Source: Actinomycetota bacterium
GTDB lineage: Bacteria > Actinomycetota > UBA4738 > HRBIN12
Direction: 5' to 3'
NCBI GenBank assembly: GCA_046731295.1
Contig: JBKPKU010000051.1
Coordinates: forward strand, 13,902-77,901
DNA length: 64,000 nt
The notes below the pieces were generated by a model. The model was not told where the DNA came from and did not search any database. It saw nothing but the letters and a program-made list of their open reading frames with translations. Positions 17,933 to 26,906 of this stretch are shown one piece after another (the stretch's first letter is position 1; each line of letters starts with the position of its first letter). The translations under genes were made by a program, and so were the position numbers.

Positions 17933-18673
17933 TCAGAACGCCGCGCCGGCCTCGGGCGCGTCGCCCTTGTACGGGCGCTGGCCGAACGGCGGGGCTGCGT
18001 AGGACGAGGTGAAACCGAACGCGGCGGCCAGGTTCGGCCGCGCGCAGGACTGCACGTGGTGCCAGGCGACGAGCGCCATCTGCGCCCCGTTCGGCAGCGT
18101 CCCTTCGGCCCCCTGGTCGGGGTAGTCGTACGGGGCGACGATGACCCGGCTGCCGACGTCCGAGCGCGCGTAGAAGTCCTTGATCTTGTCGAGCTCGGGA
18201 CCCGAGGCGTCGGGGGAGTACCACACGATCGCGGCGCCGTGCTCGAGCGAGTGGATCACTCGGTCGATCGGCGGGGGCGATCCGTAGACGCCGGCCCCGT
18301 ACGGGATCGGGTTGTGGGGTCCGGAGGCCGGAGGCACGGAGGGGTACTGCGAGAGCTGCACGGGCGACGACACGTGGGCGCGGTCCTGGTCCTTGGGCTG
18401 GAACGGGCCCACCTTCTCGACCTGGTCGCACCCCGCGTTCTCGGTCGCCTGGGGTGCCGCCTGGAGCAGGTCCTCCGGGCTCGCCTCGGCCGGCTGCGGC
18501 CTCGTGAGGGCGTAGGCGCCGATCCCGGCAGCCAGGATCGCGACCAGTGCGATAGCGATCCAGCGGTTCCGCTTGGTTCGGGCCATCTTGCGCTGGAGCT
18601 CGACACGCTGGCGCCGGGCCTCTTCCTTTCGCTCGGCCTTGGTCAGACGCTGTTTCGATGTTGGGTTTGCCAT
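17933..18673 (-). CDS. DUF3105-type membrane-anchored protein
   Basis: Basic N-terminal tail, one TM segment, then PPASGPHNPIPYG...VIHSLEHGAAIVWY...ALVAWHH. Confidence 0.8.
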   Translation of the reverse strand: MANPTSKQRLTKAERKEEARRQRVELQRKMARTKRNRWIAIALVAILAAGIGAYALTRPQPAEASPEDLLQAAPQATENAGCDQVEKVGPFQPKDQDRAHVSSPVQLSQYPSVPPASGPHNPIPYGAGVYGSPPPIDRVIHSLEHGAAIVWYSPDASGPELDKIKDFYARSDVGSRVIVAPYDYPDQGAEGTLPNGAQMALVAWHHVQSCARPNLAAAFGFTSSYAAPPFGQRPYKGDAPEAGAAF

Positions 18674-18843
18674 ACGGATGGCCCGTGGGGCGGTCCCCAG
18701 GATACGAGGCCGAAGGGATTTCGGCCCGCAGACGGCGTTGCGCAGTCCGAGCGCTTGCGGCGGCGCGGGGCGTGTTCCTATGCTTCGCGTGCCTTCCCCG
18801 AGACGCTCGCGGGCCGGGCCGCCGGCCCGGAAAAGAGGTGGCG

Positions 18844-20259
18844 ATGGCGGACACGGAGACGGGCAACGTGGTGCAGGTCGAATCGGCGCCGTCCGGCGGA
18901 CTCGACCGGTTCTTCAAGATCTCCGAACGCGGGTCGACCGTTCGGATCGAGATCATCGCCGGGATCACGACCTGGCTGACGATGGCGTACATCCTATTCG
19001 TCAACCCCACGATCCTCGGGTTCGTCGGCATCCCGGACCTGCGGCCACTGGGGCTGCCGTTCGCGCAGGTGCTGACGGTGACGGCGCTGACGGCCGGCGC
19101 CATGACGATCCTGATGGGCCTGGTGGCGAACTACCCGTTCGCGCTGGCGGCGGGGCTCGGGCTGAACGCGTTCGTCGCGTTCACGCTCGTCGCGGCCGAC
19201 GGGTTGTCGTTCCCACAGGCGATGGGCGTCATCGTGGTCGAGGGGTTGCTGATCACGGTGCTGGTGCTGACCGGCGTGCGCGAGGCGATCCTGCACGCGA
19301 TCCCGATGGATCTCAAGCGCGCGATCGGCATCGGCATCGGCGCTTTCATCGCGCTGATCGGCCTGGTGAACGCGGGCGTCGTGACGAACACGGGGCCCAC
19401 GCCGCTCTCCCTCGCCGGCGAGCTCACGACGTGGCCGATCGCCGTGTTCGTCGTTGGTCTCACGGTGAGCGCCGCCCTGGTCGCCCGGCGCGTCAAGGGC
19501 GCGTTGCTGATCGGGATCCTGGTCTCGACCGTGATGGCCACGATCGTCAACGAGGCCAACGACCTCGCGATCTGGCAGAACGGCATCGCGGCGTGGCCGA
19601 GCAGGATCGTGGACACGCCGGACTTCGGCCTGGTGGGGGCCTTCTCCTTCGACTTCTTCTCGGCGCTCGGAACCGCGACCGCGATCGCCGTCGTGATCTC
19701 GGTGATGCTGTCGGACTTCTTCGACACGATGGGGACGGTCATCGGGCTCGGCGGCGAGATGAAGGCGCTCGACGATAGGGGTCGGCTCCCCGGCATCAAG
19801 CGGGTGCTGCTCATCGACTCGTTGGCGGCGGCCGCGGGCGGCGCCGCGTCGGCGTCGTCGAACACCACCTACATCGAGAGCGCGTCGGGGATCTCCGAGG
19901 GCGGACGCACCGGCCTGGTCTCGTTGGTGGTCGGCGTCCTGTTCCTGCTGGCGATGTTCTTCTCGCCGATCGCCGGCGTGATCCCGCCGCAGGCCACGGC
20001 GCCGGCGCTGGTGCTCGTCGGCTACTTCATGATGGTGCTGGTCAAGGACATCCAGTGGGCCGACCCGGGCATCGGGGTGCCCGCCCTGCTCACGATCGTG
20101 ATGATGCCGTTCACGTACAGCATCACCAACGGCGTGGGGGCCGGGTTCCTGTCCTACGTCGTGATCGCGGTGCTGCGTGGCAAGTGGCGGGACGTCCATC
20201 CTCTGCTGTACGGGGTCGCGGCGATCTTCGCCTGGTACTTCGTCCACGGGGTGGTGTAG
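18844..20259 (+). CDS. NCS2/AzgA-family purine (adenine/guanine/hypoxanthine) permease
   Basis: LDRFFKISERGSTVRIEIIAGITTWLTMAYILFVNP... plus multiple TM segments. ATG at 18844 is preceded by GGAAAAGAGGTGG. Confidence 0.9.
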   Translation: MADTETGNVVQVESAPSGGLDRFFKISERGSTVRIEIIAGITTWLTMAYILFVNPTILGFVGIPDLRPLGLPFAQVLTVTALTAGAMTILMGLVANYPFALAAGLGLNAFVAFTLVAADGLSFPQAMGVIVVEGLLITVLVLTGVREAILHAIPMDLKRAIGIGIGAFIALIGLVNAGVVTNTGPTPLSLAGELTTWPIAVFVVGLTVSAALVARRVKGALLIGILVSTVMATIVNEANDLAIWQNGIAAWPSRIVDTPDFGLVGAFSFDFFSALGTATAIAVVISVMLSDFFDTMGTVIGLGGEMKALDDRGRLPGIKRVLLIDSLAAAAGGAASASSNTTYIESASGISEGGRTGLVSLVVGVLFLLAMFFSPIAGVIPPQATAPALVLVGYFMMVLVKDIQWADPGIGVPALLTIVMMPFTYSITNGVGAGFLSYVVIAVLRGKWRDVHPLLYGVAAIFAWYFVHGVV

Positions 20260-20273
20260 CGAGGAAGGGCCGC

Positions 20274-21563
20274 TCACTCGGTCCGCAGGAACGCGGAGAG
20301 GTCGAGCGAGGGCCGCGGAGGCGCGGTCCCCGACGGCATCGGGCCGGCCGCGACGGTGCCCAGCGCGAACCACTGGTCGTCCATGCCGAGCGCCACGCGG
20401 CTCTCCTGTTGACAGAAGAGCGTCGAGGAGATCCAGCACGACGCGTAGCCCTGGGCGTGGAGCGCGAGCAGGAGGTTCTGGATCGCGGCCCCGCCCGACA
20501 GCAGGAACATCTCTTGCTCCGCGTGCGCCCGTTCGGCGTCCGGGTACGGGTGCGCCCGCTCGAACCGCACCCACGGGACGATCAGCACGGGCGCGGCCCC
20601 CAACACGGCGTCGCTGCGAGCGATCCGACGCGCGATCGTGTCCTCGGGCGTCCCGTCGCCGCGCAGGTCGGCACGCCAGGCCTCGGCGATCGCGCCCAGC
20701 AGGCGCCGCTTGGCGGCCGGCGACCACAGCGCGGTGAACGACCAGGGGCGCGTGTGATGGGGCGCCGGGGCGGTGCACGCCGCGCGAACCGCCTCCTCGA
20801 CGACCCCGCGCGGCACCTGGCCTTCGCCGAACGCCCGGATCGTGCGCCGCTCCGAGATCGACAACAGCGGCGACGCGCGGAACAGGTCCTCGTCGGGGGG
20901 GCGCACGAGCTCGGCCACCGGCACGGACGTCCCGTCATGGCGCACCCCACGCACCAGAGCAGCCGGCACGCGCTCGGCCTTGCCCATCGCGAGTCCGCTG
21001 GCCGCGGCCACCTCGTCCGCGAGCGCCACCACGGTCGCCTCGAGCTCGCGGCCGAGGTGGTCGGCCGTGCCGCGCAGGTCGACCAGCGAGGCGATCCCCG
21101 CGCATCCGATCGCGACGTTCACCACGCCGCGACGCCACGGCCGCCCGAACGTGTCGGTGATCACGACGGCGACGTCGGCGCCGAGTCGTTCGGACAGCGC
21201 GGTGCGCAGCCGCTCGGCCGAGCCGTCCGGGTCCTCGGGCAGCAGGGTCAGGAACCCGGCCTCGACGTTCGAGGCGTCGACGCCCGCGTTCGCGCACACG
21301 AAGCCGTGTCGCGTCTCGGCGACCACGAGGTCGCCGCGCCGCGCGACGACCCGTCGGGCCTCGCGATCGACCCAGCCCTCGCGGCCGCCGTCGCCCTCGG
21401 CCACGACGCGCCCCTCGGCCTTCGACACGACCTTCTGCGTGACCGCGACCACGTCGCCGTCGCGAACGCCCACGGGCCCCAACGCGGCCGATAGGACCTC
21501 GCCCAGGTCGTCTCCGGGCCGAACCTCCTTGACGCCCTCGACCGGCAGGATCTCGATCTTCAC
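20274..21563 (-). CDS. fbiB: Bifunctional F420 gamma-glutamyl ligase (CofE domain) / C-terminal nitroreductase-like domain, FbiB type
   Basis: VAVTQKVVSKAEGR...CANAGVDASN...VITDTFGRPWRRG in the N-terminal half. The C-terminal half is nitroreductase-like (RRTIRAFG...APAPHHTRPW). Confidence 0.9.
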   Translation of the reverse strand: MKIEILPVEGVKEVRPGDDLGEVLSAALGPVGVRDGDVVAVTQKVVSKAEGRVVAEGDGGREGWVDREARRVVARRGDLVVAETRHGFVCANAGVDASNVEAGFLTLLPEDPDGSAERLRTALSERLGADVAVVITDTFGRPWRRGVVNVAIGCAGIASLVDLRGTADHLGRELEATVVALADEVAAASGLAMGKAERVPAALVRGVRHDGTSVPVAELVRPPDEDLFRASPLLSISERRTIRAFGEGQVPRGVVEEAVRAACTAPAPHHTRPWSFTALWSPAAKRRLLGAIAEAWRADLRGDGTPEDTIARRIARSDAVLGAAPVLIVPWVRFERAHPYPDAERAHAEQEMFLLSGGAAIQNLLLALHAQGYASCWISSTLFCQQESRVALGMDDQWFALGTVAAGPMPSGTAPPRPSLDLSAFLRTE

Positions 21564-21567
21564 GGGC

Positions 21568-22509
21568 TCACGCGAGCATGTCGAGCGCGAAACGGGCGAG
21601 TGCCTCGGCCTTCGCGTCGTCGGTCATGATCGAGTCGGTCGCGCCGGCCCGAACGCCGGTTGCCTCGATGCGCGGGATCAGCGCTCGATCGGCCGCGTCG
21701 ACGACCCAGGCCGCGAGCAACCCGTCGTAGCAGGCGGCGGCCCCGGCGGCCGAGACCTCGGCGCCGGCGGCGGGCATCAGCCGATCCGCCATCCCCGCGA
21801 GCGGCGCGCCGGCGACGATCCCACTCACGCCGACCACGTCCGAGCGCCGTGCCGCCAACGCGTCGCGGATCCCGGGGACGGCGAGGATCGGGCCGATCGA
21901 GGCGACCGGGTTCGACGGGCACAGCACGACCGTGTCCGCATCGGCGATCGCCAGGAGCACGCCGGGGGCCGGGCGTGCGTGGTCGGCACCCTCATAGCGG
22001 ATCCTCTTGACCTCGTCGCGTCCCCCGCGCCGAACCCAGTATTCCTGGAAGTGCAGGTCGAGCTCGGCGCCGTCGGAGACGATCGTGATCCGCGTGGCGA
22101 TGGGATCGTCGCTCATCGGCAGGAGCGTGGCCCCGATCCCGAACCGCGCGGCGACCGCCGCGGTCGCCTCGCTCAGCGTCTTGCCCGCGGCGAGCAGGTT
22201 CGTCCGGAACAGATGCGTCGCCAGATCGAGGTCGCCCAGGTTGAACCACGCCTGGTCGGGGTCGAACGATCGGAGCTCCTCGGTCGCCCGGAACGTCTCG
22301 CCGCGCCGCCCCCACCCGCGCTCGCGGTCGAACACGTCGCCCAGCCAGTACGTCACCGAGTCGAGATCCGGTGAGACGTGAAGGCCATGCATCGTGATGT
22401 CGTCGCCGGTGTTCACGAGCACGGTGACGTCCCCGGGGGCAACCACACGGACGAGTCCGCGCAGGAACTTCCCGGCGCCGATCCCGCCGGCCAGCGCCGT
22501 GACCCTCAC
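21568..22509 (-). CDS. fbiA: 2-phospho-L-lactate transferase (CofD/FbiA)
   Basis: VRVTALAGGIGAGKFLRGL...VLVNTGDDITMHGLHVSPDLDSVTY...LCPSNPVASIGPIL. The GTG start overlaps the upstream stop (GTGA at 22506-22509). Confidence 0.9.
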   Translation of the reverse strand: MRVTALAGGIGAGKFLRGLVRVVAPGDVTVLVNTGDDITMHGLHVSPDLDSVTYWLGDVFDRERGWGRRGETFRATEELRSFDPDQAWFNLGDLDLATHLFRTNLLAAGKTLSEATAAVAARFGIGATLLPMSDDPIATRITIVSDGAELDLHFQEYWVRRGGRDEVKRIRYEGADHARPAPGVLLAIADADTVVLCPSNPVASIGPILAVPGIRDALAARRSDVVGVSGIVAGAPLAGMADRLMPAAGAEVSAAGAAACYDGLLAAWVVDAADRALIPRIEATGVRAGATDSIMTDDAKAEALARFALDMLA

Positions 22510-23843
22510 GCGTCCACCACCGTGAACAGCCGCCACGGCTCGGGGACGCCCTTGAGCGTGTGCATGCCTCGGTCCGCGAACGCGATGCCGGACCCGGCGA
22601 CCAGGTCCCGCACCGTGCTGGAGACCAGGACCTCGCCCGGCGAGGCCTCGGCGGCCACGCGGGCACCCGTGTGCACGGCGATACCTCGGATTCCACCGTC
22701 GGCGAGCTCGACCTCGCCGGTGTGCAGGCCGGCGCGGATCTCCAGACCCAGCGACCGAACCCCGTCGCGGACGGCGCACGCGCACCGGATCGCGCGGGCC
22801 GGCCCGTCGAACGTCGCCAGGAAACCGTCGCCCGCCGTGTCGACCTCGTGGCCGCGGTGGCGTTCGAGCTCCTCGCGCACGAGCGCGTGGTGACGACCGA
22901 TCACGTCGCGCCACGCCACGTCACCGAGCGCGGACGCGCGGGCCGTCGAGTCGACGATGTCGGTCATCAAGATCGTGGCCAGCACCCGGTCGCGCCCGGA
23001 CGCGGGCCGCGAGCCCGTCAGGAACTCCTGGACCTCGTCGAGGATGAGGTCGGCATTTCCGATGAACGGGAAGTAGTCGTCCCCCTCGACCTCGACGTAG
23101 CGGGCCCCGGGGATGTGCTCGCCGAGGTAACGGCCGTGCACGGCCTCCACCAGACGGTTGTCCCGCCGCGAGATGACCAGCGTCGGCACGCGGATCGAGG
23201 GAAGCACGTCGCGCACGTCGAGCTGCTGGAGCATGTGGCGCATCGCGAGCACCGTGCCCGGGCTCGACCCGAGGCGCTGGTACCGCGCCCACCAGCTGCG
23301 GAACGCGGGGTCGCCGGCCACGGTGGGCCCGACGGTCTCGAGCAGCACGCCGCGGCCCCACCCGAACTCCAGCTCCTGCTCGATCCGCGCCTCGAACTCG
23401 GGCGAGGTGCCCCATGGGTAGTCGGGCGCCCGCGTGTACCGGGCCGTGGTGTTCATGAGCACGAGAGCGCGTACGCGTTCGGGCGCGGTGGCGGCCAACA
23501 GCATCCCGACGCCGCCGCCTCCTCCGACCCCGAGCACGGAGGCCTTGGCCGACCCCGCGGCCTCCATCGTGGTGATCACGTCGTCGGTCCACACCTCCAG
23601 TGTCGGCATGTCGGACAGCGAGACCGGGTCGGACGAGCCCGTGCCACGCTGGTCGATGCAGATCACGCGGGCGAACGACCCGAGCCGCTCGAGGAAGTGC
23701 TGGTAGTCCGGCTGCTCCCACATCGCCTCGATCGAGTTCCAGAACTCCGCCAGGAACACGACATCGAGGCCGCCGCTCCCGAACACCTGATAGGCGACGT
23801 GCACGTCGCCGCTCCTCGTGTACCGCGTCTCGGGGGCGTCCAT
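22506..23843 (-). CDS. Alpha/beta-hydrolase-fold domain fused to class III adenylate/guanylate cyclase domain
   Basis: Start MDAPETRYTRSGDVHVAYQVFG at 23843. The hydrolase-fold half has GVGGGGG where the GxSxG nucleophile elbow is expected. The C-terminal half reads ATILMTDIVDST...VDTAGDGFLATF...IRAGLHTGEVE...GIAVHTGARV. Confidence 0.85.
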   Translation of the reverse strand: MDAPETRYTRSGDVHVAYQVFGSGGLDVVFLAEFWNSIEAMWEQPDYQHFLERLGSFARVICIDQRGTGSSDPVSLSDMPTLEVWTDDVITTMEAAGSAKASVLGVGGGGGVGMLLAATAPERVRALVLMNTTARYTRAPDYPWGTSPEFEARIEQELEFGWGRGVLLETVGPTVAGDPAFRSWWARYQRLGSSPGTVLAMRHMLQQLDVRDVLPSIRVPTLVISRRDNRLVEAVHGRYLGEHIPGARYVEVEGDDYFPFIGNADLILDEVQEFLTGSRPASGRDRVLATILMTDIVDSTARASALGDVAWRDVIGRHHALVREELERHRGHEVDTAGDGFLATFDGPARAIRCACAVRDGVRSLGLEIRAGLHTGEVELADGGIRGIAVHTGARVAAEASPGEVLVSSTVRDLVAGSGIAFADRGMHTLKGVPEPWRLFTVVDA

Positions 23844-23888
23844 CCGAGGCAGTCTGCGGCGACGGACCGACGGGCTGCAACCGGCCGG

Positions 23889-23901
23889 TGATACGCTCGC
23901 C
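23889..23901 (+). promoter_or_regulatory. Putative extended -10 promoter (TGA-TACGCT) for fbiC, near-leaderless
   Basis: TGATACGCTCGCC is identical to 8296-8308. The hexamer at 23892-23897 ends 10 nt before ATG 23908, with no SD sequence. Confidence 0.4.
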
Positions 23902-23907
23902 GAGCCC

Positions 23908-26451
23908 ATGCGTGCAGCACCCGAGCGCCTGCTGTCACGCTCGCTCGCGCGGGCGACCTCGGGCAAGTCCCTGTCCGTCGACGAGGTCGAGGCGTTGCTG
24001 TCTGCGCGAGGGCCCGCGCTCGCCGACCTCACGTCGCTGGCGTCGAACCTGCGAGAGCTCGGTCACGGCCGCACCGTCACGTACTCGCGCAAGGTGTTCG
24101 TCCCGCTCACGATGCTGTGCCGTGACCACTGTCATTACTGCACGTTCGCCAAGCCGCCGGCCAAGCTGGACCACCCGTTTCTGTCGCCCGATGAGGTCGT
24201 GGCGATCGCCGAGGCGGGGCGGCGCATGGGGTGCAAGGAAGCGTTGTTCACGCTCGGCGACCGGCCCGAGGAGCGGTACGACGTCGCGCGCGCCTGGCTT
24301 GCTCAGCGGGGATTCGGATCGACGCTCGAGTACGTGCGCGCCTCCGCGATCCGCGTGATCGAGGAGACCGGGTTGCTCCCGCATCTCAACCCCGGCGTCA
24401 TGTCCTACGAGGAGATGGCCCGCCTCAAGCAGGTGGCGCCCTCGATGGGGTTGATGCTCGAGACCTCCTCTCCCCGGCTGTCCGAGCGCGGGGGTCCGCA
24501 CTTCGGGTCGCCGGACAAGGTCCCCGCCGTGCGCGTGCGCACCATCGAGGACGCCGGTCGGCTGGCGATCCCGTTCACCACGGGGATCCTGGTGGGGATC
24601 GGAGAGACGCTCGCCGAACGAGCGGCGTCGCTGCTCTCGATCCGCGAGATCCACCGCCGGTACCGGCACGTCCAGGAGGTGATCGTCCAGAACTTCCGGG
24701 CCAAGCCCGGCACGGCGATGCACGACGCGCCCGAACCCGGAGACGAGGAGTTCCTGGCCACCGTTGCGACCGCCAGGGTCGTCTTCGGCCCGCGGATGCA
24801 TGTGCAGGCGCCGCCCAACCTGTCGGATCCAGAACAGCAGCTCCGGCTGCTCGACGCCGGGATCGATGATTGGGGCGGCGTCTCGCCGCTCACGCCCGAC
24901 CACGTGAACCCCGAGCGCCCGTGGCCGGCGATCGAGCGCCTAACCGCCCGGACCGCCGAGCGCGGGCTCGAGCTGCGCGAGCGCCTGACGATCTACCCCG
25001 AGTTCGCGCTGCGGCCCTCGTCGTTTCTGGCCGGCAGGATGCGGGCCCCGGTCGAGGCGCTCATGGCCCCGGATGGCTTGGCCGTGCCCGGCGCGATCGC
25101 CCGGCCGATCCCCTGGCAGGACCCGGATATCTCCTGGAAGCCGCGCACGACCGAGCTGACGTTCGCCAAGGGCCGCGGCTCGGGGCTCCGATCGGACGCC
25201 GACGTCGTCTACGGCACGGCCGACCTCCCCGAGCGCACCCTGGCGTGGCGTTCGGAGCGGGTGTCGCCCCGGCGGCTCGAGGGGCAGATCCGCTCGGCCC
25301 TGTCGAAGGCCGAGGCGCACCGCCCGATCACGGACGAGGAGGCGATGGCGCTGTTCCGAGCGGACGGCGATGCACTCGAGGCCCTGTGCGGGGTCGCCGA
25401 CGGACTACGCGAGGAGGCCGTCGGCGATGCGGTCACGTACGTCGTGAACCGCAACATCAACTTCACCAACGTGTGCTACGTGGGGTGCCGCTTCTGTGCG
25501 TTCGCCCAGCGCGAGGTCGACCCCGAGTCGTACACGCTGACGCTGGCAGAGGTGGCCGACCGCGCTCGCGAGGCCGCCGCGTGGGGATGCACCGAGGTGT
25601 GCATGCAGGGCGGGATCCATCCCGACCTCCCCGGATCCTTCTACTTCGATCTGCTCGACGCCGTGCGCGAAGCGGCGCCGGATATCCACATCCACGCGTT
25701 CAGCCCCATGGAGGTGATGAACGGCTCGACCAAGCTCGGCATCTCGTTCCGCGAGTTCCTGCAGGAATGCCGGGCGCACGGGCTGGGCACGATCCCGGGC
25801 ACCGCGGCCGAGATCCTGGACGACGACGTGCGCTGGGTGCTGACCAGGGGAAAACTGCCGGCCGACGCGTGGGAGCGGATCGTTCGAACCGCGCACGACC
25901 TCGGGATCCGCAGCTCGTCCACGATCATGTTCGGGCACGTCGACGCGCCCCCGCATTGGATTTTCCACATCCGGCGCATCGCGAACATCCAGCGTGACAC
26001 CGGCGGATTCACCGAGTTCGTTCCCCTGCCGTTCGTGCACCAGAACGCCCCGATCTACCTCGCCGGGAAGGCGCGCCCCGGTCCCTCATTCGAGGACGAC
26101 CGGCGCATGCACGCGGTTGCGCGCATCCTGCTCGACCGAGTTATCCACAACGTTCAGGTGTCGTGGGTGAAGATGGGCGTGCGGGCCTGTCAGACGATCC
26201 TGAACGGCGGCGCGAACGATTTCGGCGGTACGTTGATGGAGGAAACGATCAGTCGCATGGCCGGCGCCGAATGGGGGATCCGCATGGAACCGTCGCAGAT
26301 CCGCGATGCGATCACGGCGATCGGCCGCATCCCCGTCGAACGCAGCACCACGTACGAACCGTTGCAGCGCAATGAGTTCAGCCATGTATCTGACGGTGCA
26401 CACGGCGACCACGAGGCCTCGAGACGCGAGGGGCCCGGCTCGAACGCCTGA
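23908..26451 (+). CDS. fbiC: FO (7,8-didemethyl-8-hydroxy-5-deazariboflavin) synthase, fused CofG/CofH radical-SAM domains
   Basis: Two radical-SAM cysteine motifs (CRDHCHYCTF and CYVGCRFCAF) in one roughly 850-aa protein. Start chosen at ATG 23908 (MRAAPERLL). Confidence 0.9.
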   Translation: MRAAPERLLSRSLARATSGKSLSVDEVEALLSARGPALADLTSLASNLRELGHGRTVTYSRKVFVPLTMLCRDHCHYCTFAKPPAKLDHPFLSPDEVVAIAEAGRRMGCKEALFTLGDRPEERYDVARAWLAQRGFGSTLEYVRASAIRVIEETGLLPHLNPGVMSYEEMARLKQVAPSMGLMLETSSPRLSERGGPHFGSPDKVPAVRVRTIEDAGRLAIPFTTGILVGIGETLAERAASLLSIREIHRRYRHVQEVIVQNFRAKPGTAMHDAPEPGDEEFLATVATARVVFGPRMHVQAPPNLSDPEQQLRLLDAGIDDWGGVSPLTPDHVNPERPWPAIERLTARTAERGLELRERLTIYPEFALRPSSFLAGRMRAPVEALMAPDGLAVPGAIARPIPWQDPDISWKPRTTELTFAKGRGSGLRSDADVVYGTADLPERTLAWRSERVSPRRLEGQIRSALSKAEAHRPITDEEAMALFRADGDALEALCGVADGLREEAVGDAVTYVVNRNINFTNVCYVGCRFCAFAQREVDPESYTLTLAEVADRAREAAAWGCTEVCMQGGIHPDLPGSFYFDLLDAVREAAPDIHIHAFSPMEVMNGSTKLGISFREFLQECRAHGLGTIPGTAAEILDDDVRWVLTRGKLPADAWERIVRTAHDLGIRSSSTIMFGHVDAPPHWIFHIRRIANIQRDTGGFTEFVPLPFVHQNAPIYLAGKARPGPSFEDDRRMHAVARILLDRVIHNVQVSWVKMGVRACQTILNGGANDFGGTLMEETISRMAGAEWGIRMEPSQIRDAITAIGRIPVERSTTYEPLQRNEFSHVSDGAHGDHEASRREGPGSNA

Positions 26452-26612
26452 TTCCGTCTAGTTCATTGACCGAACCGGTCAAGCAGATGGACCATCGAAA
26501 TTCTTCGGAGAACCCCTTGCACCTTGCGCCGAGCACGTATTCGATTCCCTGGGGACGCATGTGGAGGAGTTCCATAACTCGAGTTTCCCTCTTGCCAAGA
26601 GGGGGACGGATA

Positions 26613-26642
26613 CCCCAGAATCACACGCGTGTGATTCTGGGG
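26613..26642. promoter_or_regulatory. Perfect 30-bp palindrome 17 nt upstream of the whiB start codon
   Basis: CCCCAGAATCACACG|CGTGTGATTCTGGGG, read directly. The core ATCACA-N4-TGTGAT lies at 26620-26635, and the right arm abuts the GGGGAGAGGG purine tract. Confidence 0.6.
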
Positions 26643-26658
26643 AGAGGGCGGGGCCCGC

Positions 26659-26886
26659 ATGCATCACTACATCCCATGGCAGGAGCGAGCACGGTGCAGG
26701 CAGCACGATCCGGAGGTGTTCTTCCCCGAGAAGGGAGGTTCATCGAGGGAGGCGAAGCGGATCTGCGCGGACTGCCCGGTTCGCATCGAGTGCCTCAACT
26801 ACGCCCTTCGTCGCGATGAGCGGTACGGGGTGTGGGGAGGGATGAGCGAACGAGAGCGGCGACGCCTGAAGCGCATGGCGTCCTGA
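26659..26886 (+). CDS. whiB: WhiB-family Fe-S redox-sensing transcription factor (WhiB2/WhmD-like by neighbourhood)
   Basis: ARCRQHDPEVFFPE...AKRICADCPVRIECLNYAL...YGVWGGMSERERRRLKR shows the four-Cys pattern and GVWGG turn. Confidence 0.92.
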   Translation: MHHYIPWQERARCRQHDPEVFFPEKGGSSREAKRICADCPVRIECLNYALRRDERYGVWGGMSERERRRLKRMAS

Positions 26887-26906
26887 ACATCGAAAGGGGG
26901 TGACCC

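Noticed and set aside
18674-18843. Purine/guanine riboswitch upstream of the NCS2 purine permease
   Set aside because: The three-way-junction consensus (UAUAAU...UGG...CUACC...) is not visible. Only two simple hairpins (GGCCGAA/TTCGGCC at about 18708-18726 and GGGCCGG/CCGGCCC just before the SD) and a TATGCT -10-like box are present.
26613-26642. Interpreting the palindrome as a CRP/FNR/Rex-type site or a CRISPR repeat
   Set aside because: CRP/Rex sites are TGTGA-N6-TCACA (inward-facing), whereas here the half-sites are TCACA-N4-TGTGA. BldD-type boxes (TNAC-N5-GTNA) also miss by one spacing position. It is a single copy with no repeat-spacer periodicity, so it is not a CRISPR repeat.
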